Origin: Octopus vulgaris
Taxonomy: Eukaryota
Assembly: GCA_951406725.2 (NCBI GenBank)
Contig: OX597822.1
Span: forward strand, 64,976,001 to 65,040,000
Length of the DNA: 64,000 bases
Reading direction: 5' to 3'
The notes under the pieces were generated by a model, which did not search any database, was not told where the DNA came from, and saw only the letters and a list, made by a program, of their open reading frames with translations. Position 1 is the first letter of the stretch. Each line of letters begins with the position of its first letter. Below are positions 12,561-26,988 of the stretch, in pieces. The translations under genes and the position numbers were made by a program.

Positions 12561-12746
12561 CATGTGGTAGTACACGAACATGCAATTTACTGTGATCAAA
12601 ATAGTAGTCTCTATTATTACATTTGGAAACACTACACGAACCGATGCTAGTATGCAAAAAAGGAGAGTCTTCTTGAAGTAAAAGTGTTACAATAGCATTT
12701 ATCGATCCGCCTCTCTCCCACCACCACCACCACCACCACCACCACC

Positions 12747-12779
<33 letters not shown>

Positions 12780-12797
12780 TCTGCTGCTGCTGCTGCG

Positions 12798-12864
<67 letters not shown>

Positions 12865-13010
12865 ACTAGTTTATCACAGACCATACAGAATATTAAAACA
12901 CTAATAACGTGGGTTTTCATCGACTGACACCAATTTAATGAAGCCATGAAGCCACCTATTTCATTTTCAGCCTCAAACATTAATCTTCTGTTGCATGAAT
13001 TATATTGCAG

Positions 13011-13023
13011 TAGAGTTCTTTCT
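13011..13023 (+). CDS. Candidate 13-nt microexon (S-RVLS after exon C)
   Basis: Acceptor ttgcAG, consensus donor GTAAGT; phase 2 to 0; TGCATG just upstream; complementary arms at 13080-13097 and 13263-13282. Confidence 0.4.
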
Positions 13024-13307
13024 GTAAGTGTTCGCGCTGGAGAGAATTAAAAAAAAAAGAAAAGAAAATAATGCGAAAACAGAGCGAAGAGAAGAACAGC
13101 GAAAATGTGTTGTATGAGCAAGTGTCAACCATAAATTGCTATCTCTCCTTTTCTCTAGCTCTTCTCTCTGTTCTCTCTCTCTCTCTTTCTCTCTCTCGCT
13201 CTCCCTCTGTCTGTTTGTCTGTTGTCTGGCTGTCAGTTTCTTTTTTAACAGTGTAGCTTCCGCTCTACGGCGCCGTGCAATACGCTTGTAATTATGTGTG
13301 TGCGTGC

Positions 13308-13357
<50 letters not shown>

Positions 13358-13456
13358 GAGGAGAGAGAAAGAAAAAGAGAGAGGGAGAGAGATGGGGGAG
13401 AGAGAAAGAAAGAGAGAGCGTGTGAGACTTCTAGAGTATACATTTTTACATATATG

Positions 13457-13522
<66 letters not shown>

Positions 13523-13584
13523 AGTATGTATATATGTACACACACAAACGCATATATATATATGTACAAATTTGTATACCCGTG

Positions 13585-13619
<35 letters not shown>

Positions 13620-14245
13620 ATACACACACACGTACATACCCACATACATTTCTTCTTCCTCCTCCTCATCATCATTTTCCTATTTTTCTTCATGTCTTCT
13701 TCACAGATGTGTAATATTTCTTCTCTCAAGTTTTGTTCACAGGAATTAAATTGTAACTGTAGTGAGAATTCTATCGTCAACGGAATAGTCTATCATGTCG
13801 GCCATCAGAACTGGTAGACTCGTGCTTATTTATTTTATTGATCGCACGAAAACAAAGGGCGAAAACACAAAAAAAATATCAACCCGTGATAAGATATCGA
13901 TATCAGCTAAATCTTAAACAGAAATAAGCAAATACCTAACAGTATTTTGCTCCGACGCTCTCCCGAATCTGTTATCCACTATCTTTAATTTGGAGACCTG
14001 CAGAGAAATCGAACCTGTCCAGGCCTCTGAATGCCTATGACACGCAGTATGTCAAGTGTCTAGGATATAACATAGCTTTCACTACACAGTAGTATTGTTA
14101 TGGTAAACTCATCTCTTCCTTCCCGTTTCTTTTGTCGTATCACTTCCGACCATCGGCTGAGTCTAACTTCTATTTCATTTCCCCATCCACTACTATATTT
14201 CTTTCGGGCCTTCGTTACCGTTGAGGCTGCACGGCATCGCTCTCG

Positions 14246-15034
14246 CTTTCAGAGATCCCTGGCCTGGCAGTGCTAACGAGAAGCGCTACCCGTTCGGGAT
14301 TAGCTCTACAGGCATGGCTCGAGAAACCCAGGACCGACCTGCCCGAGATGCAGTGTCCAACCATTTCCGACCTGTGGGCCTATGTTGAACGACTGCTATC
14401 GCTTGTGGGACGAGTTAGTTTATCAGCCGAATCTATCGTGATTATTGTCTCGCCTCCTTCCTTGAAACGAGAAGGAAGGGCCATTTTCATCGCACTTGTG
14501 GCTATGGCGAAAGAATATGTATGGTGGACGCGTCTGAAAGGTCTAAAGAAAAACACTTTCCTCTCCGGTGAGTCTCTCATCAACTTCTTCAAGTATTACT
14601 TGAAGCGGAAGGTGAGAGTAGAGAGGGATTTTTTGTCTAATGAATGCTTCAATAAAAGATGGGTGAATGTAGCAAGGATGGCACGTATGAATGACGAAGC
14701 CACCTTGAGCATAATCGTACGAACCAAAAAAAGAAAAAAGGAAAAAAGAGAGTCACTTACTGTAATGCATTTTCTTTTGCATGACATTATTGCCCGAGGT
14801 TGCCGTGGTCTTTTCCCCTTGGCCTTCTTTCCTCAGATAAAACTAATCTGTTTCCTCTTTTTACACTATGACATTTCTGTGATACACGATCCATATTGAT
14901 CGGCCGTTTTTTTAACGATCCCTTTTCATCGAATTTCTACCTCCTTCTTTTTTTCCTTCTTCTCTTCCCAAAAAGAAAGGCTCTACTTTGTATTTTCCCC
15001 CTGTCTTCAGCCCTGTGTGGCCAATAAAGAAACA

Positions 15035-15035
<1 letters not shown>
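14246..15035 (+). mobile_element. 5'-truncated L1/Tx1-clade LINE (zf-RVT-like and C-terminal ORF2 remnant plus 3' UTR)
   Basis: FQRSLAWQC*REALPVRD*LYRHG...CPRC then QCPTISDLWAYVERLL...AKEYVWWTR...FNKRW; stops and a deletion; aataaa then a microsatellite tail. Confidence 0.75.
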
Positions 15036-15087
<52 letters not shown>

Positions 15088-15094
15088 GTCTGTG

Positions 15095-15204
<110 letters not shown>

Positions 15205-15710
15205 TGTATCTATCAATCTGATGGCCTGCCGGACTCTCTTTCTCTGTATCTCTAATTCTCACAAAAATTAGTTCGAAATACAGAGCAGTTTGTTATTTAA
15301 TTAATTTAGTATAAAAGGATTCAAGACTCAACACTGGGGAAAGTAAGGATTAAGTAAGATGTTTAATATAATACGCTAACTGCATTACATAAAAGCATGT
15401 TTAAAAGTGAAAGAGAAAGATGGATAGATAGAGAGAGAGGAGGGAGCGAAAGAGAGAGAAAGAGATATAGATAGATAGAGAGAGGGAGAGAGAAGGGAAT
15501 AAGGCATATACCTACGTTCGTGGAGTGGTAGAATATGTCTTGCCGTAGGATCCAGTAATGCGTATCCTGAGGCAAGCGTTGCATCGCGTCTTTGGTTAAG
15601 GCATGTAATAAAAATTTATTCCACCGCTGAAGACAGTCATTACATTTTTACTCGCATAACATTGACTTGCGCTCATTTTATTGCATTTGAGGTTCAGGAA
15701 ACGAACTATT

Positions 15711-16210
<500 letters not shown>

Positions 16211-16499
16211 TATTTATTTGCCGGTCTGATTGTCACTCAGTCTGTCTATTTCTTTTTCGTTTTCATTGGTATATGTATACAAACCTGAAAGACCTTACAT
16301 TCCCACCCCACACATACACACATTACGCAAATGCACGCACACACACACACATACACACACACACACACATGCAAAAACGCAGACTCACACGCACACATAT
16401 ATTATAAATTGTTGTATTCAGGAATTGCACAGAAAGATGTGTGCGGGTCTTTTCCGATTATGTATATATTTTAGTGTATTAATGTATGCCTGTACGTAC

Positions 16500-16530
<31 letters not shown>

Positions 16531-16729
16531 TGTATGTATGTATGTATTTATGTATTTATATATATATGTATGTATGCATTATATGTAGGCATATATACTT
16601 AAATACCTTGGAATATGAATATATTCTAAGGTATACATATATATAATATATGTGTATATATACATATATATATATATATACACACAAATATATAGATGTA
16701 TATTATTACTATTATTAAACAATAAATTT

Positions 16730-17530
16730 AATGTCTGGTCATAGAGTGACCAATGGTTTCGCATCCACGAAGGCTGTAACTTCGCAGACGACCCATCACA
16801 GGCTAGTTCGAAGACAAATTCAACTTTTCTCGTCTGGGAGGCACAAATCTGTTGCGGTCAATGGTCATTTGGTTAACAAAGGATAAATAGTTCTACGTCA
16901 GTGAGGACAGGTTATCTCCCCTACAACAGTCATTTTTGGGCCGAGAGACGGGGAATAAGGAATTTATCCCTTGGGCTGTTTTTGGATCATAAGGACCCTT
17001 CTGGGCTTAGTTAGCGAATGGGAAATCCCATGCAAGCAGCAGGTAGCGCTTGAAATGGATGTATGGTGCGAAGATTTCTTGGTGTGTATTCAGTAACCTT
17101 GGTTTCAGGGTGTCTCTGAGTATCCTAGTTCGCTCAGCTATGCAAGCTTGCAGCGTACGATCCCGTTGATGTCGGGTCCCGGCCGCTCCAAGATCTTCCA
17201 CTTAATATCGTACCGTGTCCCTTCGTCGTTGAAGCCCCACACATGGCTGGTCAGGGATGTGACGAATCGTCTTTCCTGGACCCTGAAGGGGGACCTGAGA
17301 TTGTACAGGCGTCGCTTGAAGGACTTTCCGTCCGACCCGAGATGTTTCCAGGCTTGGGTGTTGGTTGCATTCACATTCCTGGTGCATCTTCGGTTGGCTT
17401 CGAGCCTGGGGATATTGTTGTTGCTACCGGTGTTGTTGGGGCTGGCATCATTGTAGTTATCATGCACAGGTCCCGTGATGCCGGTGTGGCTGCTCTCACT
17501 CTGGTTGTCGTCGATGTGTACTTTAGAGTG
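16730..17530 (-). mobile_element. Penelope-like element 3' fragment with GIY-YIG endonuclease remnant
   Basis: KHLGSDGKSFKRRLYNLRSPF...TSLTSHVWGFNDEGTRYDIKWKILE...CKL / CIAERTRIL...LLNTHQEIFAP matches the PLE GIY-YIG C-terminus; frameshifted; degenerate hammerhead motif at about 16740-16790. Confidence 0.8.
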
Positions 17531-19699
17531 TTTCTTTATCGGATATATGATACATTGACGATATATACATACAAATATATATATAAATGAAAAAAATACA
17601 CATTAAGAACAGGACATCATCAACGAGTGAAAAATGCGCACACACACGACGAGAGATAAGTACGGGACAAAATGCTAAAGGAAGTCTAACCCCTCCTCAG
17701 TCGTCGACTGTAATATTACTCCCTGTTTCGTGCTATTAACGACAAGACAGGAAACCTTCGTAGGACAGCAGCATCCAAAAATTTTGAAAATATAAAATTT
17801 GTGGAGAGTTGTATGCATGTTTGTCTGTATGTATGTATAATTCAAATTTACAGAAACAAAAGACGAAGACAAGTGAGGGAACAACAAGCAGGTGTATTAG
17901 CTTAACGCTCAGGAAGGATGGAAAAGTGTTCGACGTTTCGAGCCAACGCTCTTCGATATAAAGGACTGAGAGGAAAAAAAATGGAGATAAAAATAAAAAA
18001 CGGAGCGAGAAAAAATAAAAACGCACTCACACACATGCGAACTTTCTTGCCTTTTTGATAACCGAAGTTATTATATATCTATTTATGATAGCTGTATGTT
18101 ATTAGATCATTATTGAAGTGTTATTAGTAAGAATACAGCAAGACTGTTCGATATGTCATCAATTATCCTTTCACAGATCAGAAATAATGTTTAACTTGCA
18201 ATAATTTTACTTCTTTGTTTAGTTTTTTTTAATAATTTTGGTTTTTTCTTTGTTGTGTTTCTTCAATTTATCTCTTTGATTCTTTTTTAAAGGGAAAATT
18301 AATAAATTAACTAATCGAAAATGAAATATTGCCAAAAACTTTCACGGCATTATTGAACATATCGATAGAGAAATCGATTACCAGTGGTGAAAGATTGGTA
18401 ATAGAGGAAAATATAAAATCAAAAATGTATTTGGTTCTCAGGAAGCGCTATAAGAGAACAAAACAAAAACGAAAGGAATTAAAGTCTTGCTACCGTTAGA
18501 AGTAACAATAAGGTTAGTGGCAGGATAAATACCCATTGTTGGTGGTGATGACAGCAGCAATGTCAGCAGCAGTTATAACAATAACAGCAGCAGCAGCAGC
18601 AGCAATAGCAGCAGTAGCAGTAGCAACAGCAGCAGCCACAGCAGTTTCAAGATTATAATAACTATGAAGTCTGTAAAATAGCAAAATGGCTGAAGTAAAG
18701 ACAGATTTTTAACAGTGATGTATACACAATAAAAATACTAATAAACTGTTTTCTTTTAATCTTTTCTTTTATGAGCTGAAAGTAACATTAGTAACACTAG
18801 CAGCTATGGTAATAACTTCTTCTATTTTTGATGCAATGAAACGAGGAGTGCCTTTCAGTAGTTGTCTGATACGCTAGAAATCATAACCAAATCTCAAAAA
18901 TGGAAAACACACTATATTATGTAGTCAAAGATGCTCAGTGTCGGAAACAGTAACACCAAGAGTAGATTAGCAAAGTTTGAATGGCCTAGAATAACTGTTT
19001 GTTCACGGCTGACCTGGGCCACATAATAAAATTATCCCGAAGTTAGAAGCGCCATAGAAGGACGTTTGATTTATTAGAAATTGCACTCATGTCCCTCTCA
19101 AATCACATACTTTTAAACAGAAAACAGTGGACAATGCAGTCCTAGATATATCTAAAAATAATCTTGGGTTTGTGGTTGATGACTACAGTTTTATTTGATC
19201 AGGTTTGTCCTTGCGCTAAACAAGTATCGTAACAATTACCACAAATCAATAGAAAGCATCGTTTATTAGTGCGCATTTTGTAGCATCGAGTATATTAACT
19301 GAAATGATACGAAGTGGACCAAAGTTTTAACAAAACAAAACTGTTATATAGGAATCAATGTTATGTACAGTGCTAGACTCCGAAATCTTCGGTCAACAAA
19401 GGGCATACACAAGGAGGACGATAAAGCAACATAAAAGTACTGAGACAAAACATCTGAGTGCTAAAAATCGAGTTGTCTATGCACTATTATTCCTCGAATT
19501 TTTCACAGTCACTTCTTCCGTTAATCAGAACACCAAGTGCATTTTAAATGGTTGTAATTTAGTACATCTAAAGAGCATCCTCAAGCCCCAACAAAAACCT
19601 ATAACCAATAAAAATCAATACAGCATAAAAATATAATAATGAGGGCGTGAATTTTATCACAATCTTTATTTTAAGTTAACAAATTATTTGAGCTACAGT

Positions 19700-19925
19700 C
19701 AGCATCATGATCGTAAGATTGTGGTTTCGATTCCTGGACCGGGCGACGCGTTGTGTTCTTGAGCAAAACACTTCATTTCACGTTGCTCCAGTCCACTCAG
19801 CTGGCAAAAATGAGTAACGCTGCGATAGACTGGCGTCCCGTCCAGCTGGGGAAAACATACGCCATTGAAACCGGGAAACCGGGCCCATGAGCCTGGCTAG
19901 GCTTTAAAAGGGTGCATTTATTTAT
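19700..19925 (+). mobile_element. SINE family D
   Basis: gtttcgattcctggaccggg...gttcttgagcaaaacacttc...gtccactcagctggcaaaaatgagt. Confidence 0.75.
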
Positions 19926-20084
19926 TTTAAAGGTGGTGCTCCAGCATGACCACAGTCAAATGACTGAAACACGTAAAAGAGTAAAAAGAGTATATGATCA
20001 TGTCTAGATATGCAGCTTTATATATGATAATACATACATAAAACAAAACATACAAATCTGCACATATATATATACATATAAAAA

Positions 20085-20268
20085 ATATCTTGTTGTTGAT
20101 GTTGGAATTCCAATGAAGGAGCCTTGAATCTAGGTTTGAAACCAGCTCTTCCTCTATTGGCAAGAAATCTTGAAATAAAACTGTACAATGACATACATAC
20201 ATACATACATACATACATACATACATACATACATACATACATACATACATACATACATACATACATAC
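20085..20268 (+). mobile_element. Retroelement 3' end with (CATA)n tail
   Basis: ggcaagaaatcttgaaataaaactg...gacatacatac; the same end occurs inverted at 31342-31482. Confidence 0.55.
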
Positions 20269-20664
20269 TACGCAGTATGCGTAGGAAATTTCGCGTATTT
20301 TTCGAAAACTAAAAAAAGGTTTTGAAATTTTTTATTGAATCATATTATAAATAATTTGATTTGAAATATTTTTTCTCCATTGTTTGATTTCAAGACGATA
20401 TCAGTCGATGGAGATAAGATTAAAAGGGCAGACATCTTTGAAATCTAAATCTTTTGCAATACGCTTGTTACTTGTTGCCACTGACTTATTTTAATCTAAT
20501 ATTTTTATCGTTAAATCAAGAAGTAATTTAATCTATGGAACTAAATCGAAGACATTAACTTGCCTTGCTATAATAATACCAATAAGACATGACAAGGGCA
20601 CGAATAGATTGGTAAAGGTTCAGGAAATCTTACTATGCTGTAATGTAGCCTTACTTTTGCCTGA

Positions 20665-20815
20665 CATACTGACTGACACCGTGCTGGGTAAAGTCATTCT
20701 CTTCAAGGAACGCAGCCACTCGTTTTCTGCGGTCTGTTCGTTCCATGACTTTGCTGATGTGTGAGGCCAGAGAAAAAAACCTATAATTCATAGCATCAGT
20801 TTTGCTTCCTGATAT
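20665..20815 (-). pseudogene. CR1/L2/Jockey-type reverse transcriptase fragment
   Basis: NYRFFSLASHISKVMER...AFLEENDFTQHG resembles the NYRPISL...KxxER...QHGF motif. Confidence 0.75.
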
Positions 20816-20892
20816 ACATTGTGACGTATATATTTCTGCCTTTCGGTTGTAAAATAGCGAACAAGCCACCCTTATACACATACACACACGTG

Positions 20893-20932
<40 letters not shown>

Positions 20933-21247
20933 TATGTATATACATACCTATACATATGTATGTATATATATGTAATCGGTGTGCATTCAAAGCAATGATT
21001 AGTAATTTTACGAAACCGGTAAGCTTTTAAATCTCTTTAACAATTCACAATAATGACTTTTATTACTACCTCAGTTCATCTAATTGTATATATCTATCGT
21101 TACTTTTCATAAAAAGCCTTTACTTCTTTGATTTCCAATGTGCATTTTCACGTATTTTTCTTCTTACCTAACCTATATATGTATGTATACACATTTATGT
21201 ATGTATATATATATATATATATGTAAATATATGTATGTATGTATCTG

Positions 21248-21322
<75 letters not shown>

Positions 21323-21439
21323 CTAATATCACGCGTATGAATTATGTTGATTGGACTCGTATTTTGTTCAGAGGGAATCTGAAACGCTGTTAATAGCACC
21401 CCAAGAAGCGGCAATTAACACCCAATGTAATTAAAACCC

Positions 21440-22024
21440 AAAATGTAAAAAAAGCAAGGCAAATGAAATGAAATCATGATACGTAGGTAATGGTTTTATT
21501 TTGCAAATTTTCATTTGCCTTGCTTATATTTTACATTTTTCTTGAGAACACACTCTTTGTGGTAAGGCGATTTGACGTCTATCTCTAGCGTATAGGAATC
21601 CACTTTCCTCTTATTAATTGTAATATAATTTTTAAATCTTCGGAATTTTTGGAACATGCTAGACCACTGGTTTAAATTGATGTTAAGTTGATAGATATCA
21701 ATTATCTACCCTCATTATTTAATTTAAAATTTATATATATATATATATTCTCTAGAGGAGAATTCAGCGAACACCAGAACCAAATTTGACGGGCAGACTA
21801 TATAAATTTTCATCTGTCCTGCCCGCCAAATTTGGTTCTGGTGTTCGCTGAATTTCTCCTCTAGATAATTTTCTTTGTAGCTTGATCGTTGATGATCTAT
21901 TTCTAGCATACGGCCGACTACCTAGCAGTCTTGCCCTGCCAATATACACATTTCTCAGATTTTTTGTATGCTAGACTACTGGTTTTAAATTGATATTAAA
22001 ATTAATATTAATTTATCTCCCTCA

Positions 22025-22030
<6 letters not shown>
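21440..22030 (-). mobile_element. Two adjacent hairpin-ended Penelope-like fragments
   Basis: Inverted repeats at 21440-21540 and 21751-21865; shared end gctagac(c/t)actggttt...ccctcattat before (TA)n; same family as 28403-28758. Confidence 0.55.
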
Positions 22031-22086
<56 letters not shown>

Positions 22087-22307
22087 CTACTTTTCCTGTT
22101 TGTTCAACGAAACTTATGTACATATGCATATATGCTTATATGCATCTCTGTTAGAGTGTACCCATCTATGTAACTACATTGCGTATTTAAACTGAATTCC
22201 TTTCTTGCAACTTGCGTTGCATGCCTGACAAACTCTGTCACACGAGACTCGAGTCATAGTAAAGGAATTTATTTTAAATAAACTATTTACATTAAAACAT
22301 GTTTTAC

Positions 22308-22490
22308 ATTACGGTGATGTACTTGCATAGCGAGTGACTTGATCTGAGATGCAGCACGAAGCTTTGTCAGTGAACAGGTCGCGGTCTCAAAGCGACGAAA
22401 ATATTTTGACAAATTAAATTCAAATGTTGAAGTGAATCTAACGGTTTTGTGTGTTTCTTAAATGGCTTATAAACACCTTCCACACTGCAA
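22308..22490. mobile_element. MITE-like element fragment (left end)
   Basis: Homologous to 54544-54790, whose right end is the reverse complement of attacggtgatgtacttgcatagc. Confidence 0.6.
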
Positions 22491-23164
22491 ATGTTTTACA
22501 TTCGCTCTTCTCTATTCGACGACAAAAAGTACCCTTCGAATATACACATTTGTTGCTAGTTATCTGCAGATAAATTCGGATACAGCAATGCTATGATCAG
22601 TTTCGTTCCACCCGTGTCAAACTCGTCGAGTCTTTTTTTGTTTATTTCCCAAACTAAATTTGTTGAATATGCACCGTCTTTTAGACCGTAAAATGTCAAT
22701 TCGTTGGAATTGTGATTGCTGTTCCTGGCAGCTTTAGCAGATTTGAACTCTCTCCCTTATTGGTTGGTCAATGCTTGCTTGTTTGTGCGTATTTCTTATG
22801 TACGTGTGCATCTCTCTCGCTCTCTTTCTTTCTTTCTTTCTTTCTTGCTTTCTTCCTTTCTTTCTTTCTTTCTTTCTGCTGACTCTGCTCTCTCTCTCTG
22901 TTTCTCTCTCTACATATATCTATTTACGTACGTCCATATATATCTTAAATATAGACATATAGATAGATATACATATAAATATAATGTATCTGTGGAGTAC
23001 TCAGCCATTTGCACGTTAATTTCACTAGCAGGCTCTTCTATTAGTCGGATCACCTGCAACCCTCGTCGTTGTAACCGACTGACGGAGCGCCACGATATAT
23101 ATATATATACATACACACACACACATATATATGTGTGTGTGTGTGTGTATGTGTATGTATGTAT

Positions 23165-23200
<36 letters not shown>

Positions 23201-23203
23201 GTA

Positions 23204-23300
<97 letters not shown>

Positions 23301-23739
23301 GTAACTATGTTTTTATATATATGAGTACACATGTACGTATGCACTTTTACCTTCATACAGACATGGGAAGTACACGTAGCCATTTGTTAATAATAAAATA
23401 TAGACAACAGCGAAAATAAAAACCAAATGCAAGCAAATATATAATAACTATTTTTGTAAAACCAAAACAAAACTGGCGAACAGATAGTTCAGTATTGCAG
23501 CATTGAAGTGTGGGACTGTATCACCCATAATTTATAGTATATTGATCGCTGGTGTACGATATATTTATATCGATTCGTTTACCGGTGTATAGATCGGAAC
23601 ATCGTCACGCATACGCACACGCACAAAAAACACAAACACGCACACTCATACATATACTTATGCATACATGCATACATACGTAATACATGCATACATACAT
23701 ATATATACGTACATACATGCATACATACATACGTACATG

Positions 23740-23771
<32 letters not shown>

Positions 23772-23830
23772 CGTACATACATGCATTCATACATATATAT
23801 GAATATACATATATATATACGCACATTCAC

Positions 23831-23870
<40 letters not shown>

Positions 23871-24014
23871 CATAAGGGACTAAAGCCATCTGAATATGGC
23901 TAGGGACAGGGCAGGGTGGTGGGGGTGTTACTGTTGCATTTAGCCCCAGGCGAACATCGACGTCACCAGAAAGGCTCGACACCGTCACGGTGCCCTTAAC
24001 CTGCAAAGGGAGGT

Positions 24015-24111
24015 AATTCCCCGATGAAGCGGAAACCACACACGGACCATGGTTTCAAGGTGTATTGCCTATCATCGGCGTGTGGTAGGCCTCCGCTTCC
24101 TCGACGAATTC
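24015..24111 (-). ncRNA. Second copy of the same hammerhead candidate
   Basis: Reverse complement of 24501-24598. Confidence 0.6.
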
Positions 24112-24500
24112 TCTCTCTGCAGGATTTTCTTATATAGATTTTCAAGCAAAATACATTTGCTGATTTCGAAAATCTGTTCGAAAGCAATAAAAATTCTCTA
24201 AAAGGGATATAGACAGTAACTGCTCGATAACATAAGGGACTAAAGCCATCTGAATATGGCTAGGGACAGGGCAGGGTGGTGGGGGTGTTACTGTTGCATT
24301 TAGCCCCAGGCGAACATCGACGTCACCAGAAAGGCTCGACACCGTCACGGTGCCCTTAACCTGCAAAGGGAGGTAATTCCCCGATGAAGCGGAAACCACA
24401 CACGGACCATGGTTTCAAGGTGTATTGCTTTCGAACAGATTTTCGAAATCAGCAAATGTATTTTGCTTGAAAATCTATATAAGAAAATCCTGCAGAGAGA

Positions 24501-24598
24501 GAATTCGTCGAGGAAGCGGAGGCCTACCACACGCCGATGATAGGCAATACACCTTGAAACCATGGTCCGTGTGTGGTTTCCGCTTCATCGGGGAATTA
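24501..24598 (+). ncRNA. Type I hammerhead ribozyme candidate (U4C core variant)
   Basis: cacacg CCGAUGA u-agg-caauaca-ccu-u GAAA ccaug GUC cgugug; palindromic ACCAUGGU stem III; extended stem I gaagcgga/uccgcuuc; predicted cleavage after 24567. Confidence 0.6.
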
Positions 24599-24777
24599 CC
24601 TCCCTTTGCAGGTTAAGGGCACCGTGACGGTGTCGAGCCTTTCTGGTGACGTCGATGTTCGCCTGGGGCTAAATGCAACAGTAACACCCCCACCACCCTG
24701 CCCTGTCCCTAGCCATATTCAGATGGCTTTAGTCCCTTATGTTATCGAGCAGTTACTGTCTATATCCCTTTTTATTG

Positions 24778-24811
<34 letters not shown>

Positions 24812-24903
24812 CACACATTAATATACAGTTTATGATACATTCACACACAGACAAATATATACATATACATATACATATACACACACACACATATATATAT
24901 TTT

Positions 24904-24949
<46 letters not shown>

Positions 24950-25677
24950 TAAGTGACTAATGCATATATACATTTATAAATGAGAGATATTTATAAACAT
25001 ACATACATACACATATGTATGTATGTATATAAATATCTCTCATATCTATGACTATATATAAATGTGTGTGTGTACGTGCGATCATGCAACCGTGTCATGC
25101 ATATAAAAAATGCATGTGCTCCTATAAGTAATATGCTTGTCGTTGGCATACAAAACGCATGTTCATTGAGAGGTGCGATAGATAGCAAGTATTGATAACA
25201 GAATTTCTATGTAAATGGTTGCCCATTCTTTGTCATCTCTGCCCATTGTTTCACTCACGGAGTGGCATACATATTCTCACACATACATATATGTATACAT
25301 ATGCACGTGTGTGCATACTCACACAGCCGTTGAACACATGCGCGTAAGAGCAGATACGTATGCTCTGTCACAACCAAACGTAAACCCCTACGCATATTAT
25401 TCGTAAGCACTCACGTATTAGAATATATTAATCCAAACTTGTGATTTAGCTTACGAACAGGCACGGACGCAAGCACGCACACTCACATACACAAAAGTAC
25501 ATACACATACAAACACGCACATAGACATACGTATGCATGTATAGCTAAATGCATACATATGCAATAGCATTTAAATAATCAGAAAGAGGCGCATGTACAT
25601 GTATACGCATTTACAATCGCACAAAACTATTCTTATTTCAGATGAAAAAAGAAGATACTTGTATGAGAAAATATGTG

Positions 25678-25845
<168 letters not shown>

Positions 25846-26005
25846 CATACACATGCATACACACATACATGTGTATATATGTATATATATATTTATATGC
25901 ACGTATATATATATGTCTTATGTATATGTGTGTGTATGCATATATATATGCATATATTTATATATCCATACATGTATGCATGTATGTATATGTATATATA
26001 TATAC

Positions 26006-26037
<32 letters not shown>

Positions 26038-26500
26038 GTATGTATGTGTGTGTTTGTATTTACATGTATATGTATATACATATAATTATGAAAGCATATA
26101 TAGAGAAAAATTTTAGTATGGATGTGTGGCTATGTATATTTACACATATACATGTATGTATATATATATATATATAATCATCATCATCATCGCCGTCGTC
26201 GTCGTCATCATGACATTCAGAAACAGACAAACAGCCCGACATTCACGTGCATTTAATGTATAATACACATGTGATAAAATGGAATGATATATTGGATACG
26301 TTTCTAGTGTGATTCATTTGTGATATGATCTTCGTTGATTCCTAGACGCAGCAAAACGGTGTGTGTATAGGTGCGAGCATGCTTCTGAGTTCGTTCGTAT
26401 GGTATGTCTATGTGCGATAGTCTCTGTGTATGTATTATTGTATATATATATATATATATATATAAATATATATATATTTCTGCGTGTATATATATATTTC

Positions 26501-26565
<65 letters not shown>

Positions 26566-26806
26566 CGTGTGTTTGTGTGTCGTGTGTGTGTGTGAATATA
26601 CTGTTGCTACCTACGTGAAAAATACTATTCACAATGTTTTTTTGTTGCATATAATTTTTTCCTTTCATTATCTAGACATAAATATAAATACACACATATA
26701 CATATATATATATATACATATATACATACATGCATATATATAACATAAATACATATGCATTCAAACGTACATTGATGTATGTATAAATGTATATATGTAT
26801 ACATGA

Positions 26807-26837
<31 letters not shown>

Positions 26838-26934
26838 GTATGTATGTATATATCTATATCTGTATCTATATCTATAAATGTACGTATTATGTGATGTGTA
26901 TGTATATATTTATGTATGCATGTATTTATGTATG

Positions 26935-26988
<54 letters not shown>

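Larger units (their letters stand above)
23867..24778 (-). mobile_element. Young 360-bp tandem plus inverted repeat element (retrozyme or Penelope pLTR-like) inserted in (TA)n
   Basis: 23867-24227 is repeated at +360 up to 24428, then an inverted copy 24423-24772; copies appear identical; tattgc microhomology at the inversion. Confidence 0.85.

Noticed and set aside
23833-24821. Triplicated 63-85 aa ORFs as a small gene family
   Set aside because: They are by-products of the 360-bp repeat and lack coding hallmarks.
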